DNA of 58,394 nucleotides from Girardia tigrina (Eukaryota): assembly GCA_001938485.1 (NCBI GenBank), contig MQRK01228157.1, forward strand, positions 1 to 58,394. Reading direction: 5' to 3'. Positions 28,001 to 40,290 of this stretch are shown here, one piece after another (within the stretch, counting starts at the first letter, position 1; each line of letters opens with the position of its first letter). The translations under genes were made by a program, and so were the position numbers. The notes under the pieces were generated by a model. It was not told the origin of the DNA. It did not search any database and worked only from the letters and a program-made list of their open reading frames with translations.

Positions 28001-31000
28001 TTCCACAAGCAATGGTAACGTTACAAACGGATAGTCCAGCACCTTCAATTGTGGCCCGAGAAATGCTCGTTGAGTGCACTGGAGCATTGTCATGGAGAAA
28101 CCATATTAGCGTGTTCTTCTGTTTCAAATTTTCTTTCTGGCGGTTGCCACGAGTTGACTGTAATGAGAACAACACCTTTATTATTCCAGAAAATGAAAAG
28201 TCATCCGTGACTTGTCCACGTTTGCATCTTTAAAGATGGCTTCTCTCCAGACCATTTTCACTCTGTTGACTGACGCTTTGTTTTTGTCAAATACACATTG
28301 AGTGGGGTTTAATCCTCCTTAATTCAATTTGTCAAGAAATTCTCACAATGCTGGTCCCACAGGTTTAAGTTTTTCTGACTGCTATCCAAGTAGTTTTGCA
28401 TCATTTCAGGAGTCAAGAAGCGGGTTATGATTCTGAAACAAAGTTTTCTGATAATCATGGATTTCAATTTGTCGTGAGCTGTACCAACACTGATGTTGAT
28501 CTTCATTAATAGTGATTTTTTGGTAATTTAACGCTCTTTTTAGACCATTTTCTCCAATTTTTATCAAGTGTGTCTTGTGGCCGACCAGATGTTTCTTGTA
28601 CAAAAAAGGAGGTGCGACCACCTTTAAACTCTCTAACCCAATATTTTATAGTTATCAGAGATGGGGAGTCTTGTAGGTGAAATCATGAATTTCACTATAT
28701 GTCTTCTTCTGTAACACAAGAAACTTGATAACACTGCTATATTCGACGTCGAAAATCATCGCAGTGACGAAAATGCAAAATGTCGCAATAAAAATTTTAA
28801 TGCGTTTCATAAAATAAAATAATTACTGAAATTAAAATCTACATGAATTTATTTAAACACTCAAAAAACTCAAATTTGCTATTACATTTTTTTAACCTTA
28901 TGTCGGGTACTTATTGAACGCACCATGTAAGAGATCAATTTAATCTTGATTTAGAATAAACATTTTAGCGTCATTATGACCATGCTGATACTGTATTCAA
29001 TCTCTTATGTACAGCTTCATTCTTACTAATGCCATGGAAAATATTTTGACATAATTTTCATTTTTATTCTTGTAATTTTATATTGATTATTTCATTTAGA
29101 GATTCCACGAAAACGATTCTCGATTTCGACTCGCAAGTGGTCGCCGAACAATTAACATTATTGGAAAGCCAAATATTTGATCATTTAGAAGTGAATTTTA
29201 TGAATTAATCTAATTTTTCTTAAATTAACTTAATGTTTCCTAATTTAGCTGGAGGATCTGTTAAATTTCAAAGCAGCCTCTAATAATCCGCAATTGATGA
29301 AATGCGTTCATTTCTTCAACAAGTTAACATTTTGGGTTAAAACGCAATTATTGTTTACGGAAAGCGAAAAAACGTCTCACGACAGAGATAAAAGATTTAA
29401 TAAATTCTTTGAAATTTTAAAGGTAAACTTAAAAGTTCTTTTTCTAATTACTTCAATAACTAGGCTCTGAAGGCCCATCAGAACTTCAGTGGATATACGT
29501 CGATTCTTTATTCTCTCATCGACTTTCCAGAAAAGATTTTGTCCAAAAAAACTAGACTGGTATTTATTTTTTGTTGCTGAATTATTTATTTTTGTTATTT
29601 TACTCATCTCAATGAAAATTATTTTTAACAAAATTAGCTTTGTTTGTAAAGATGGAAAAATAAACTTAATATCATTTACTTAACCTAAATTTAACCCTAA
29701 AGCATTACAATAGTAATTTATCTTAAGTCTGGTCTTAAAGTACGTTTTAAATAATAAATAAATAATAAAATAATAAATAACAGAAATGTACAAGGCGATT
29801 TAATATAGTTTACTATTTCCAAGTCTTTCTCCTTGGATTGTCTCTTTATCACTTGTCTGATATGGTACAAGAGGCAATCAGTTCGTTATTGGAGGATAGA
29901 GTTGGCGATAGGAAACAACTGATCTTAATGGTAATCCTGAGCATAGTTGAAAAGAAACAAGTTCCTCTGTATCAATATTTTCTGTCAATTCTTCTACTGG
30001 CGGAATTACCCACGTCCCTATGAGCCCGGACGCAGTCGCGCCAAAATTGAGCCAAAATTGTGATCATGAAATCTGTCGTGTAAGTAGCGTTTATGCCACT
30101 TTCAGTATTATCGAATTCCGAAATCATAATTTAACATCACAAAATTTATTAATATCAACAATTCACATATTTAAACAAATTTCTCCCAAAATTAATTCAT
30201 TTATTTTTTTTGATTAAATTTTGAAATTTTACGAAATTTAAACCTTAAATTATTTTACATTTTTTTCGAAAATTTTATCATAAAAACTAATTAATTTAAA
30301 TTTACAATAAACCCTTTTATTAAAAAATTATTTCTTAAAATATTAATCCGTTAATTATTTATTTTAAAATTTTTTCAAACTTATTTCATAAATTTTATTA
30401 AAATATATCAATTGTTATTAATGTAAGCATATTTTAAATAAGTATATTTTTTCATATTTTTACTCTACATTTTAGTTTTTTAATTGATTTCTTTTAAATT
30501 TTCAAATTAAAAAATAATAAACTATTTTGGCGAAACTTAAATTTAAACTAACCCCTTATATGTCGTTTATATCGAAAAAAAGATCAGTAGCTCCTAATCT
30601 GATATATCTGATAAATCTGTACCAAGGAGAATAAAAAGAGTAAAAGGTTTTGAAAGACTTTTAATTTTGAATAATAAAAGTTTATTATAGAGTTAAGACA
30701 GTTTTTAGATTTAAAATTGGTATTTTAAGATTCCTTCGTAAAGAATTTTTTCTAAATAATTTGATTGTCGTAAAACTTTTAATTTGAACTCAAATATTAA
30801 AAATCATAATTTTATTTTAAAATTGAGTTCAAATATTTTACTATAGCTTTTCGCAGAAGACACCACAATTATATATTTGCATTTTTTTATTGAACTTTAG
30901 TTTTATGTTGTGATGGTTAATTTTATGAACTTAACAAAACTGAAAATAAATCAATAGAAATAATTAGTAAAACTAGCAAAAATTGGTAATAAAATTTCGA

Positions 31001-34000
31001 CAACGATTTTTCCAAGAAGATAGAAACTATGTTGAACTTGAATATTTTCGCTATCGAAGAGTGACGAGTAACCTAGAAATATCGAAATTTGAGATTCGTC
31101 TTTGAGTGATTATGTGTGGGGAATGATTTGAAAAAGGAAACGTTTTTTTTTCGGCTGTACAGAAATTTTATGATAACAGATTTGTTTATTTCGAGATTAA
31201 AAATTTGAATGTTGATTAAAAAAGAATTGAAAATTAAAAAAAGTTTCTTAATATATTTGAGAGTCTGAATTTATAAGGATTTTTGAAGCTCTAAATTTTA
31301 AATTTTAAATTTTGTGAAGACTATTGTGTATTAAAGTTGAAATTTTAAAGGCGAGTTGTGGAACGTAAATTTATTTTTATATTGAAGTTAAAAAGTGTTA
31401 AGTGTGTTAAAAAAGTAAAAGGATGTATTAAATGATAAAAATAAAGTACTTATAAAAAAGTTACCGAATTTATCATCAAAACTAAAAGAGGGCAGAAAAT
31501 TTATAGTTGATAGCTTTGAGGAAGTTGAAAGTTTACTAGAGAGATTATTTAGATGATCAGAAGTTACGACAGTGTCATTTCTTTCTTCAAGCTGGTGCAA
31601 GATTAATAATGGATTCATTGTCGCTGTACTCTGTTTTCCGATATTGACTGCTCCGTGAGTCTGATTTTCAGGCGCTATATTTGGTTATTGAACTTATATT
31701 CAGTCGGAATTGTGTTTTACCGAATAAACTCAAGAACGAGCATTAACTGTAACACCAATCGTTTGAAGAAGTGAATAGATTTATTTTTGAAATCTCGAAT
31801 TACCTCGGTCAATGCTGTCGACAAATATGATTCTCTTTTTTAAAATTCATCAGAACCATCCAGGCACGTTTCTCTGAATCGAAGGTCACGTTGACGTTTA
31901 ATTAATTATGTTTTAAACATTAAGTAAAAAACACGCGATCAAGTCAGTAAATTAACCTATTAGATGTATGTATACCTTTCGGGCAAAACTGTGAAGGGGT
32001 TAACAAAATAATTTTTCAAAAATATCAAATTCGCTTTTATAAGACTCAATATAAATATATGGGTACAATTTACATCAGAAAATGGTCATTTAAATATCGA
32101 GAATTAAAAGTTTCATTATAAATTTTACATATCGTACATTCATGATTATATTATTTCATTTCTTTTTTTAATTTATTTATTTAATCATGTTTTAAATTTT
32201 TAAATATGTAATTTTGGAATTAAACAATGATTATTCTTTTTCATTATCAAAGAAATTTGTTGAAGAAAGTCAATTTATGAACTTATCAAATAAAAAGTTG
32301 TATCTCAATGCAATCCAGTCGGCTCAGTATCCATATATCCCCCTTCTTGCAGAAACATTTTCTCATTTAACCCGCCTTAATGAAATCATGCCAACCTTCA
32401 TCAACAATACTTTGCCTGGTGTACAAAGCGTTAATTTTAAAAAGATGTGGCAATATTTTATCATCATTCAGTATTTTGTTGTAAAAATGCATTTACCTCC
32501 TGAGAAGAAGTAAGATTGTATTATAATTCGTTTTATAATAACTAACAATAATACTTAACTAATTTTATTTATTTAAAAAAAATATTTTTTTATAATTTAA
32601 TAAATCAGTATTATTTTTATTATATTTTCTGCCTTGTAAATTTTCTTTTTACAATTTTCGACATCGAATCGATTCTTTTCCAGAATTTGTGTATATTTTG
32701 GTGAATATTTCTATTTCAATGTCCCTGTGGATTTGACATATTTGGGAAGAAACGTACTTGTGTTAACCAAAGAAGAATTAATTATTAAATTAGATTATTT
32801 ATTAATGATAATTTTGATCGAAATTTATTACTAATTATTGTCAGCTGTGGAAAACGTTTCCAGTCTTTTAGATATTAAAATTTGTAAAATGAACCATAAG
32901 ACGTCATTTCTTCTAAATTACAAGCTCATGATTTGTAAAGTTGAAATAGTAAAAAATCTATTGGAAAGTTAAAAAGACAGTAAAATTAAAACAGCAATTG
33001 CAGAAATGGTCCCCAGTGAATGCATTCAATTTTTATTGTACAATTTACATCAGAAAATGGTCATTTAAATATCGAAAATTAAAAATTTTCATTATAATTA
33101 TGTTGTTGCAAAAGCAATGCAGGATTTTGAACCTGAACTTTAAACAAATGTAACTGAGCACAGAATAAACTTTATTAATCGAAATAGAAACCATCAGAAT
33201 CAATACAGTTTTGCCAATGAGAAACAAGTTTATTGATGCCCTAGTGTAGACCTCCTGAGTTCTGGATTTGAGGACGTTAAAGTCATCTTTGGCGTCGTCT
33301 TGGTTTTTGATGCAATTTTCCTGGAAATATTTGTCTAGATGCTTGAAAAAATGATAGTCAGTGGGCGAGAGGTCCGGCGAGTAGGATGGATAAGGCAGAG
33401 TTTCCTAGCTCAATTCGTTTAGCTTTTATAGTATCGGGTTTGAGATGTGTGGCCGGGCGTTGTCGTGGAGGAAAATTTGCCCCTTCATATTGACCAATCC
33501 CGGGCACATACGTCGGGGTTCGTCATGTATTTCGTTAATTTGTTGGTAGTGATCGTTTCACCCGTATTCAGAAAGCTGTGATAGATGAGATCGGCTACAG
33601 ACCACCAAACAGTCACTATAACCTTCTTTTGATGGAGTTTCGGTTTCGGAAAGTGGTGAGGACCCTCATTGCGGTTCAACCTTTGTACCAAACATCGCTG
33701 ATTATCGTTGAGAATTCACTTCTCATTACACGTCACAATCTAATCGAGAAATAGGTCGTTCTTGTTGCGCAGAAGAAGCGCTGAAGACACTTCAAAACGA
33801 AGACATTTTTGATTTTCGATCAATTCGTGAGGCATCCATTTATCGAGTTTTTTTGACTTTCCAATTTGCTTCAAGTGCCGAGAGACGGTTGACGGATCAA
33901 CGTTAAGGTCTTCTGTGAGTGCTCGAACAGTTGTGCATGGATCGGCTTCCACCAACTCCTTCAATTCTACGTTCTCAATTGTTGATAGGCGGCTGCCATG

Positions 34001-35418
34001 AGGCTTATCTTCCAGGCTGATATTGCCAGAGCGAAACTTGTGATACCAATGCTGAACAGTGGATTCGTTGACACTTCCCTTGCCCCAAACTTCATTCATG
34101 TTTTGAGTGGTATGAGATGCGTTACGTACCAGCTTGAACTCGTAGAAGTAAATGTTGCGAAAATCATGTTTTGACATCTGCAAATAAAATCAAAATTATT
34201 AAAAATAAGAAATAAGTTTTAGACAAATATATCTGAAAGAGTATAAATTAAGCTTTTAAATGACTCATAACATCAATCATTACATAACATAATACATGAT
34301 TTAGTCGTATAACGTTGCGGTAAATACAAAAAGAAATCAAAAACCTACATTCCTTTTGCAACAACCTAATATCTGTAGCTAAGGGTGGATCTTATCCTTG
34401 GAAAACGTTCCAAGTTTTGATAGGCAAAGTCTTGATCTCTTTTAAGTCTGCAAATGATTTTTGTCTAGAGACATAATGAGATTGGCTAACACAGTTTTAT
34501 AAAAAGCCCCTACTAAATTTTCACCATCACTTTTCTTTGATGGAACTCATGTGGTGTACGGTACTAAGACAAAATCTGAGCTGTGGTGTCGGTGCAATGA
34601 CGGTAATTTCCTTTGCCCAATTGATATGGAATATATTAAAAAAGCTTTTATACTTTTCAATTGACAGGAAAAGTGCTTATTGCCAATCTTAAAAGCCTCA
34701 GCAAGTTACAGTGTTGACTGATGCAAGTTCGATTTTGTAAGAGAACATTTGCAGTCTTTATTTTTTTACAGTGCCTTGACCAAATACGTTGTTAATGTGG
34801 CACTAGTTTGGACATCTTGGAGTCATATTGAAGACACATGCGTATTAAATATCCTGAAATTCACATTTTGTATTCCCTGAAATATTAAGCAATTAATTCG
34901 TTGAAAGAGCGTTTACATAAATATTTAACATATAGCATAATTCGTATAAGTGATTCGTCCAATCATATTAGAGTATTTTGACGTAACACATTGTGACGTA
35001 ATTGTCATCTTACTATAAAAACAATAACTTTCTAATTAAATACAGAAATGAAGATTCCACAAAAGTGGCGAAGCATGTTTTCCAATAAAAATTTAAAGTT
35101 GAAATGGTGTTAATTGAGTTTATATAGCATAATAAAAGTTATGAAATGATCGATATGTTTTCCACGACCGAATTTGTTTTAAGATTAGTATTGTAATTAT
35201 TATATCAATTTTTGTTATAAAAAAAGAAACGTAATTGAATTAATATTTATCCGTTTAGATATTATCAGTTCAGAATAGATGTTGACGTTTTAGCTTTTAT
35301 CAACAACTTTCAAGATGCTCTATCAGAAACAGAACTTTTTGAGTACAAAGAAAAACTGATAAGATCAAAAAGTAAAAAACTTTATCAAAGAGAACAATCA
35401 TATTGTACAGATTTATAA
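17820..35418 (+). CDS. RAPGEF1: RAPGEF1/C3G-like Rap guanine nucleotide exchange factor (REM + CDC25 RasGEF domains); 5' end undetermined
   Basis: Phase-consistent GT-AG exons 17820-17934, 19958-20042, 20126-20331, 26250-26458, 29100-29190, 29249-29422, 29464-29559, 32253-32509, 35259-35418 (TAA). Peptides AGQIDTLIAHA, KAFVVTYPLFIKTDDLLNKLIKRY, ILDFDSQVVAEQLTLLE, HFFNKLTFWV, HQNFSGY, PYIPLL, VNFKKMWQYF and FINNFQDALSETELF follow the C3G domain order. Orthology is inferred from recalled motifs. Confidence 0.85.
18815..19038. mobile_element. Pogo/Tigger-type MITE with ~65-bp TIRs
   Basis: TA|CAGTCCGACCTCGCTTTTGGGGAAACCTCG ... CGAGGTTTCCCCAAAAGCGAGGTCGGACTG|TA, plus an extra internal TIR start at 18885-18911. 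Confidence 0.85.
19112..19287. repeat. Long imperfect palindrome (~82-bp arms, ~12-nt loop)
   Basis: ACGGGATATTATTTTTAAACTCAAAGCATTATCTAACGCTTTCAAAATA ... TATTTTGAAAGCGTTAGATAATGCTTTGAGTTTAAAAGTAATATCCCGT. Confidence 0.85.
19290..19760 (+). mobile_element. Penelope-like element 3' part (GIY-YIG endonuclease + HHR)
   Basis: ORF 19308-19604: IYQY...YFGETSRHL...NIVGHRKHC...FKILC...KRVTCEALYI...PKIN, followed by an HHR. Confidence 0.85.
19677..19715 (+). ncRNA. Minimal type I hammerhead ribozyme
   Basis: GUU-CUGACGA-U-GACGG-UUAAA-CCGUC-GAAA-UUUA-UA-AAU, with a predicted AUA cleavage triplet. Confidence 0.85.
21458..22797. repeat. Pair of ~140-bp direct repeats (about 21458-21597 and 22654-22797)
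   Basis: Both read TTAAAATTGTATAAATATAATATTAAAAAAAGTTACT...CACTTTGTCTTACCCAATTGAAATATTTATTTATTCAAGGATTAATTTATTG. Confidence 0.85.
23329..23835 (-). mobile_element. Solo LTR (TGTGAGGAATA family)
   Basis: Colinear with 49040-49597; minus-strand start TGTGAGGAATATTTT; TATA on both flanks (possible TSD). Confidence 0.6.
27682..28927 (-). mobile_element. Mariner element, full length, decayed
   Basis: TIRs TGGTGCTTTCAATAAATACCC / GGGTACTTATTGAACGCACCATG|TA; LHDNAPVH, ISVGTAH and RKLCFRIITRFLT motifs. Confidence 0.85.
29790..30010 (-). mobile_element. Possible CR1-like LINE RT relic
   Basis: Weak SGLP..LSPTL and EKDL(G)IV-like remnants on the minus strand. Confidence 0.3.
30080..30556. repeat. 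AT-rich dispersed repeat, copy 2
   Basis: Colinear with 4026-4619 but with fewer internal tandem units. Confidence 0.8.
33098..34369 (-). mobile_element. Mariner (Mos1/SETMAR-like) element, full length, frameshifted
   Basis: TIRs TTAGGTTGTTGCAAAAGGAATG / TTATGTTGTTGCAAAAGCAATG. ORFs 33740-34183 (KKLDKWMPHEL) and 33485-33691 (PKPKLHQKKVIVTVWW), then HDNARPH and YSPDLSPTDY. Confidence 0.95.
34948..35112 (+). mobile_element. Very short Penelope-like 3' fragment with mutated HHR
   Basis: AGTGATTCGTCCAATCATATTAGAGTATTTTGA equals the SDSSNHIRVF* end of ORF 43817-44185. The HHR at 35045-35082 has core changes (AUGAAGA, GAAG). Confidence 0.85.
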
Positions 35419-37539
35419 TGTATATTAATCGATTAGCGAATTCATTTTTGAATTTTTATTACTTAAATATTTTATTATTTTTAAAGTACATTCATTATTT
35501 CAGTTGGTTTTTTATTCTTTTATGTGTTGTATAACTTTAATAGCGTAAATATATCCAATGAACCAAATCTCTTTATTAATGTTCAGGCTGAAGATAGTTT
35601 TGAATCCTCAACTTTTGAATCCATCCCACAAACTTTCATAATACGTTACTTTCGTGCGTTACAAATATTGGAACGATGTTTTCACTGATTTGGTCTTTCG
35701 AGGATTCTGATGAGCTTTTATGAGATAATTTCTGGATAAAGAAGTCGCGGATTTATTAACCAGTTAAAGTGCGAAGGTTTTAACCTTTCGATCAGGAAAT
35801 TTCTCATAAGTCGTTACTCTTCTGAATATGAGTTCTCATTCTGAATTTATTTTGCGACAGATCTATTGAAAAGGAAGTTTTATAGAAGCCCAAAATATTT
35901 TTCAGCAGTCAATGTTGGGCTAATAACGCTGCTTTTATATTTTGGCCTGGAATCATGGCCTTCTAAAGACAAAAGCTAAGACAAAGTGAACCAAAGTTTT
36001 CATAATGCTGGTTTATTAAAGTTTTTTAACAGATTTTTTTTCGAATTAATTTTCAGAAATGGTTCCAATAATCTTTCAGTCTAATTCGTTAACATTTCGC
36101 ACCGCTCTCTTCGGTAGAGATTAAACAAGTTGCCAGAAAGTAATTGAACAATTTGTAAGCCAAAAATGAATGAAGAACTGTTACTTTAATATTAGAGTCA
36201 CTCAGGATGATATTTAATCGGAATAATTCAACTGAATTCTCGTAATAAATATCCTAAATCGAAAAGATTAATTTCTATTGAAAATATTGTTATTCGTTTT
36301 ACACATAATTTTACTATCATGCTCCACATTTCTTTAGATGCGAACTTCGGTTAAAACTTTGTTACGATGAATGTTTAGTGAATTATTTTCCGAATTTTCT
36401 ATGTGACTTACAACATGGCAAGCACTTGAAATAATGAAGTGTTATTTGGTGGAATGCGAAGATAATAAAACACATGAGATTTATCTTTTCAATGTGGGAA
36501 TCGTAATGGAGAAAGAGAATTAAAACATTAGGATCTACCTTTGTTTATGGAGATCCTACATTATTGAACTGCATGAAGCTGAATATTATATGGTTTAGTA
36601 CAAAGTGGATTATTGAAGCTTATACTTAAGAAATACGTGAAAATAATCCATTTTGCTTTTAATCAGGAGTGGACACAAAACATTATTACGTATTGTATAA
36701 GCTTTGGTATACATCTTGGTATACATTTTGGTATACAGATGCTATCAAAATGTATTTCCCCGGAAAGTATATAATTCCAGTATTTTGCGTTCATACCATG
36801 ACTGATCTTGTTTACAACCTTATCTTGTCCTGATATATCGAACTTATATTAGTCGATTAAATTCTAGTTGAAGTTTAAAAATCAGACATAAACAAACATA
36901 CAAATCAAAAGAAGGAAATAAATAAATTACAAATTTTATTAAAAAGAAACAGATTGATAAATGCCTGGTATCTAGAACTGCGTTCGCTTCGTGTTCCGCG
37001 GATCCTGCTACGACATCACTCGTATAAACAGAAATACACAAAATCACTATTAAATTACTAAGTTGCCTGCTAAGACTTTACCGCTGAAGCATAACGACGA
37101 TCCAATACTTCAGAAATAGAGAATGTCGAAGAGAGTTCAAATCCATCCCCTGCTTTTGCTTTTTCCCCTTCGTTCATGATTTTAAGAACATAAAGACAAT
37201 TTTCGTATTATTATCACATTTAAGGTCATCACCAATCTCGGAAAGTCGTTCACCGTTTGACATCGCTTTAATTGGTTTTTTAATTTCTATTTTTAACATG
37301 ATTATTCGAACATTTTTTTTAAATCTTTGTAAAATATTTAATTTCTAAAAATAATAATTTTAAACACTTCTTTATAAAAACTCAAAATAATAAAAGAAAT
37401 TTTAAATTGCTAAAAATTAATTTAAGTTAAATTTAATTAAATGCGTTTTTTTCTGTTTATATAAAAATATTAAACTTAATTTTAATTCATATAAATATTT
37501 AAAAATGACGACAATGAATTTTTAAAAGTCAAAAATTTT

Positions 37540-38000
37540 TCGTCAAAATTTATTGTGATTAATTTCGACGGATCAACCGTCATCATCAGATTGAATTAAC
37601 AATGATATACTCGCGTTTATATATCAAAGCAATGTTTATGTAATCATTATGTCATTTAAATCATGAAAANNNNNNNNNNNNNNNNNNNNNNNNNNNNNNN
37701 NNNNNNNNNNNNNNNNNNNNNNNNNNNNNNNNNNNNNNNNNNNNNNNNNNNNNNNNNNNNNNNNNNNNNNNNNNNNNNNNNNNNNNNNNNNNNNNNTTAC
37801 ATCAACTTTACTATTCAAACAGTTCTTCTTATGTTGAGCAATATTACTATCACTTTCCCTGTGATTATGTTCCTGAATCCGTTTACAGAGATGACGACAA
37901 GTCTCTCCGATGTATATGGTGTCCCACCCATTACATTTATATTGATAAACTAAATTTGAACATAACCCAGTTGGAGTGATAGATTTACTACTAAACAAAT
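37540..38000 (-). mobile_element. Penelope-like element 3' part (GIY-YIG + HHR), spans a gap
   Basis: NLVYQYKCNGWDTIYIGETCRHLCKRIQEH...SNIAQHKKNC, with an HHR downstream. Confidence 0.88.
37555..37593 (-). ncRNA. Minimal type I hammerhead ribozyme
   Basis: Minus strand CUGAUGA-U-GACGG-UUGAU-CCGUC-GAAA-UUAA-UC; palindromic stem III, weak stem I. Confidence 0.82.
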
Positions 38001-38089
38001 CTAATTAATCATGATGATTAATAATTATACATGATGAAATTAATCTCAATAAATTTTGACGAAAATTAATTTTAATTGTTAATTTTAAA

Positions 38090-38263
38090 AATATAAACTT
38101 ATCAAATTATTTTAATTATGTTTGAATAGTCAATCACTGTAAATATTAAAAAATACTAATTTCTGTCTTGGTGGGAGAATTGTCATTCTAAGATCAACAT
38201 ACTCAAATCAACATATAGCATCAATACATTCAAACATTCATACAATTTAAAATATTCCTCACA
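38090..38263 (-). mobile_element. Partial LTR of the TGTGAGGAATA family
   Basis: Plus strand ends TTTAAAATATTCCTCACA and contains GGTGGGAGA and TCAACATA blocks like the other copies. Confidence 0.5.
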
Positions 38264-38789
38264 ATGACGAAAGGCTGCAGTAAAACATTGTGAAATATTA
38301 ATTAATTAATTAAGAAAAAAATAATTACCAAAAACCACAAGATTTCTTTGTCCATCCAGGTTGCTAAAATAAAATATATAACCAAGATTCATGATGAATC
38401 AACTAACATAAATCACTAGACCATCATACAATTTCACCCCGTCGCAAACACATCCGCTGGTTTAACAATTTTTAAGCCAAAAAATACAAACTTATCAAAT
38501 TATTCTAATTATGTCCGAATAGACAGCATGTAAAAGATCTCCAGAAGGACACCTAAAACTATTGTAGTAGAAACAATTACATTACAGACGTTGGCGATAT
38601 CATAGAGTGATCTGAAATAAGGATACATAAACCACAATTAAACATCATAAATACACATGCCATGTTTGGTGCACATTTTGATTCTCTATCCGACTGTGCA
38701 TACAGATTTTTCATTTATTGATTCAAGTTTCAAAACAAAAATATGATATCTATAAATATTTACAACATACAACTTCATTAGTCTAAAAA

Positions 38790-39149
38790 ATATAGTCAAC
38801 AACATGTTACAACAAATCACTGTAGTTTACATCCTTCAAACTAGTGATTATAATTTTCACCAGTATGAAAAACATTTACACATAAAGGGTTGAAACCTTT
38901 TAATCTCAGTGAAAGAAACAATTCAGGTTCATATAGACTTATATTATTCCTTACCAAAGCAACGAGATTAATATGTTGATCATAATCACATGTCACTGTA
39001 AAAGATTGTATACTGACATTGGTGATGTTGTAAGGCAAACTGGATGGATCAATAGGTTGTTTGCAGTCCATTATTCGGCATTTTCAACTGCTGAAATATA
39101 AAATAGTGTATTCTGGAAAGTGTAAAACACATTGGCATGGTTTTAAGCA
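38790..39149 (-). pseudogene. Divergent TATA-binding-protein-like ORF relic
   Basis: CLKPCQCVLHFPEYTILYFSS*KCRIMD...VSIQSFTVTCDYDQHINLVAL...LYEPELFLSLRLKGFNPLCVNVFHTG(frameshift)KIIITSL parallels TBP TALIFSSGKMVCTG / KIQNMVGSCD..IRLEGL / YEPELFPGL / LIFVSGKVVLTG. Confidence 0.75.
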
Positions 39150-40290
39150 AAAATCGAGTTTATTAATAGAATTTAAAAAAGTGAGATAACTTCATCTTTT
39201 TAAAATTGTAATTATTTTATTTTTTTAAATTATTATTTATAGGCACTAATTTTTTATAAAAACAAGGCAAAGAAATTCAACAAATTGTCATTCAACATGA
39301 TTAAGATAATGTTTTTGGGTAAGAAGAAGGAGGCAAATTATAAAAAAGATAACAATATGTATAATAATTCAATTTAAATTCTGAAACAAGGATAAATAAC
39401 TAAACAGGCTGAATAAAATTACTTTGGATGTCTAAAGTACAACAATGCGTCTCAATACAATAAGCAATTCATTGCTTTTAATTGAAAAAGAATGTGGAAG
39501 TAGCTTGTGGAACGTGATTAAGACTAACTTTGTAACACAATTTAATATAATCATGCACTATTTTATTGTTTTCTAATATAATATAAAGGATATGAAGTTT
39601 TATAGCGTTTTATATGATAAATTAACTGACAAATGTTATTGCTGCTTAATAAATGTTAGGAAATATTGTGAGAAATTTTAATTTATTCCTTTTTTCATTC
39701 CCCATTAAAAAGCCGATTGAAATAACATTTTAATGATAACAGAGTTTCAGTAATTATTCCTTGAAAAAATATTTTTTTAGGTTGGTTAACTTTAAAAAAG
39801 AAATTAAAAAATTATATCAATAAATTTTATTTAATTATTTTAATTTATGAAAATTAATAAGGTGGTCATTATGAAACAGGAAACTTTTATTAATATTACT
39901 TGAATTATTTTTTATACACGGAATATACTCTTATTAATCGCCATTATCATATACTTCATGAATACTTTTACTGTTGACTTTATGGCGAAATTATAACAAT
40001 TATCTGAATTTTAAAGGTCAGTTATGATTGCTGTTAGGAATTCTGAAATGTTATTAAAAATTTTTGAAAGATTATAAAATTAAATATTCCAATTGTTATG
40101 TAGAAAATTTATAAAATATGTAATTATTTGATGATTGTTAGGTACGTCATAATTTTTAAAAATCAGAAGTTGATATTTTTAAAGCTTTTATTTAATAACA
40201 ACAAAATAAAAAAAATTTTTAAACAAGTTTTTTAAATAAATTTCCCAAGAACTCTTCACTTTCCTTGAACAAATCATTTATACATACATA

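Noticed and set aside
29681-29700. TAACCTAAATTTAACCCTAA, telomere-like
   Set aside because: Only about two degenerate units; not an array.
30551-32002. CCCCTT...AAGGGG|TTAA, possible piggyBac ends
   Set aside because: The TIR match is only about 6 bp and no transposase motif was recognised.
36050-37300. Possible CR1 3' end and Tigger N-terminal relics
   Set aside because: Motifs are too eroded to support by eye.
38300-38460. QPGWTKKSCGF, a possible Polinton protease motif near the TBP-like relic
   Set aside because: Too short and without the other catalytic residues.
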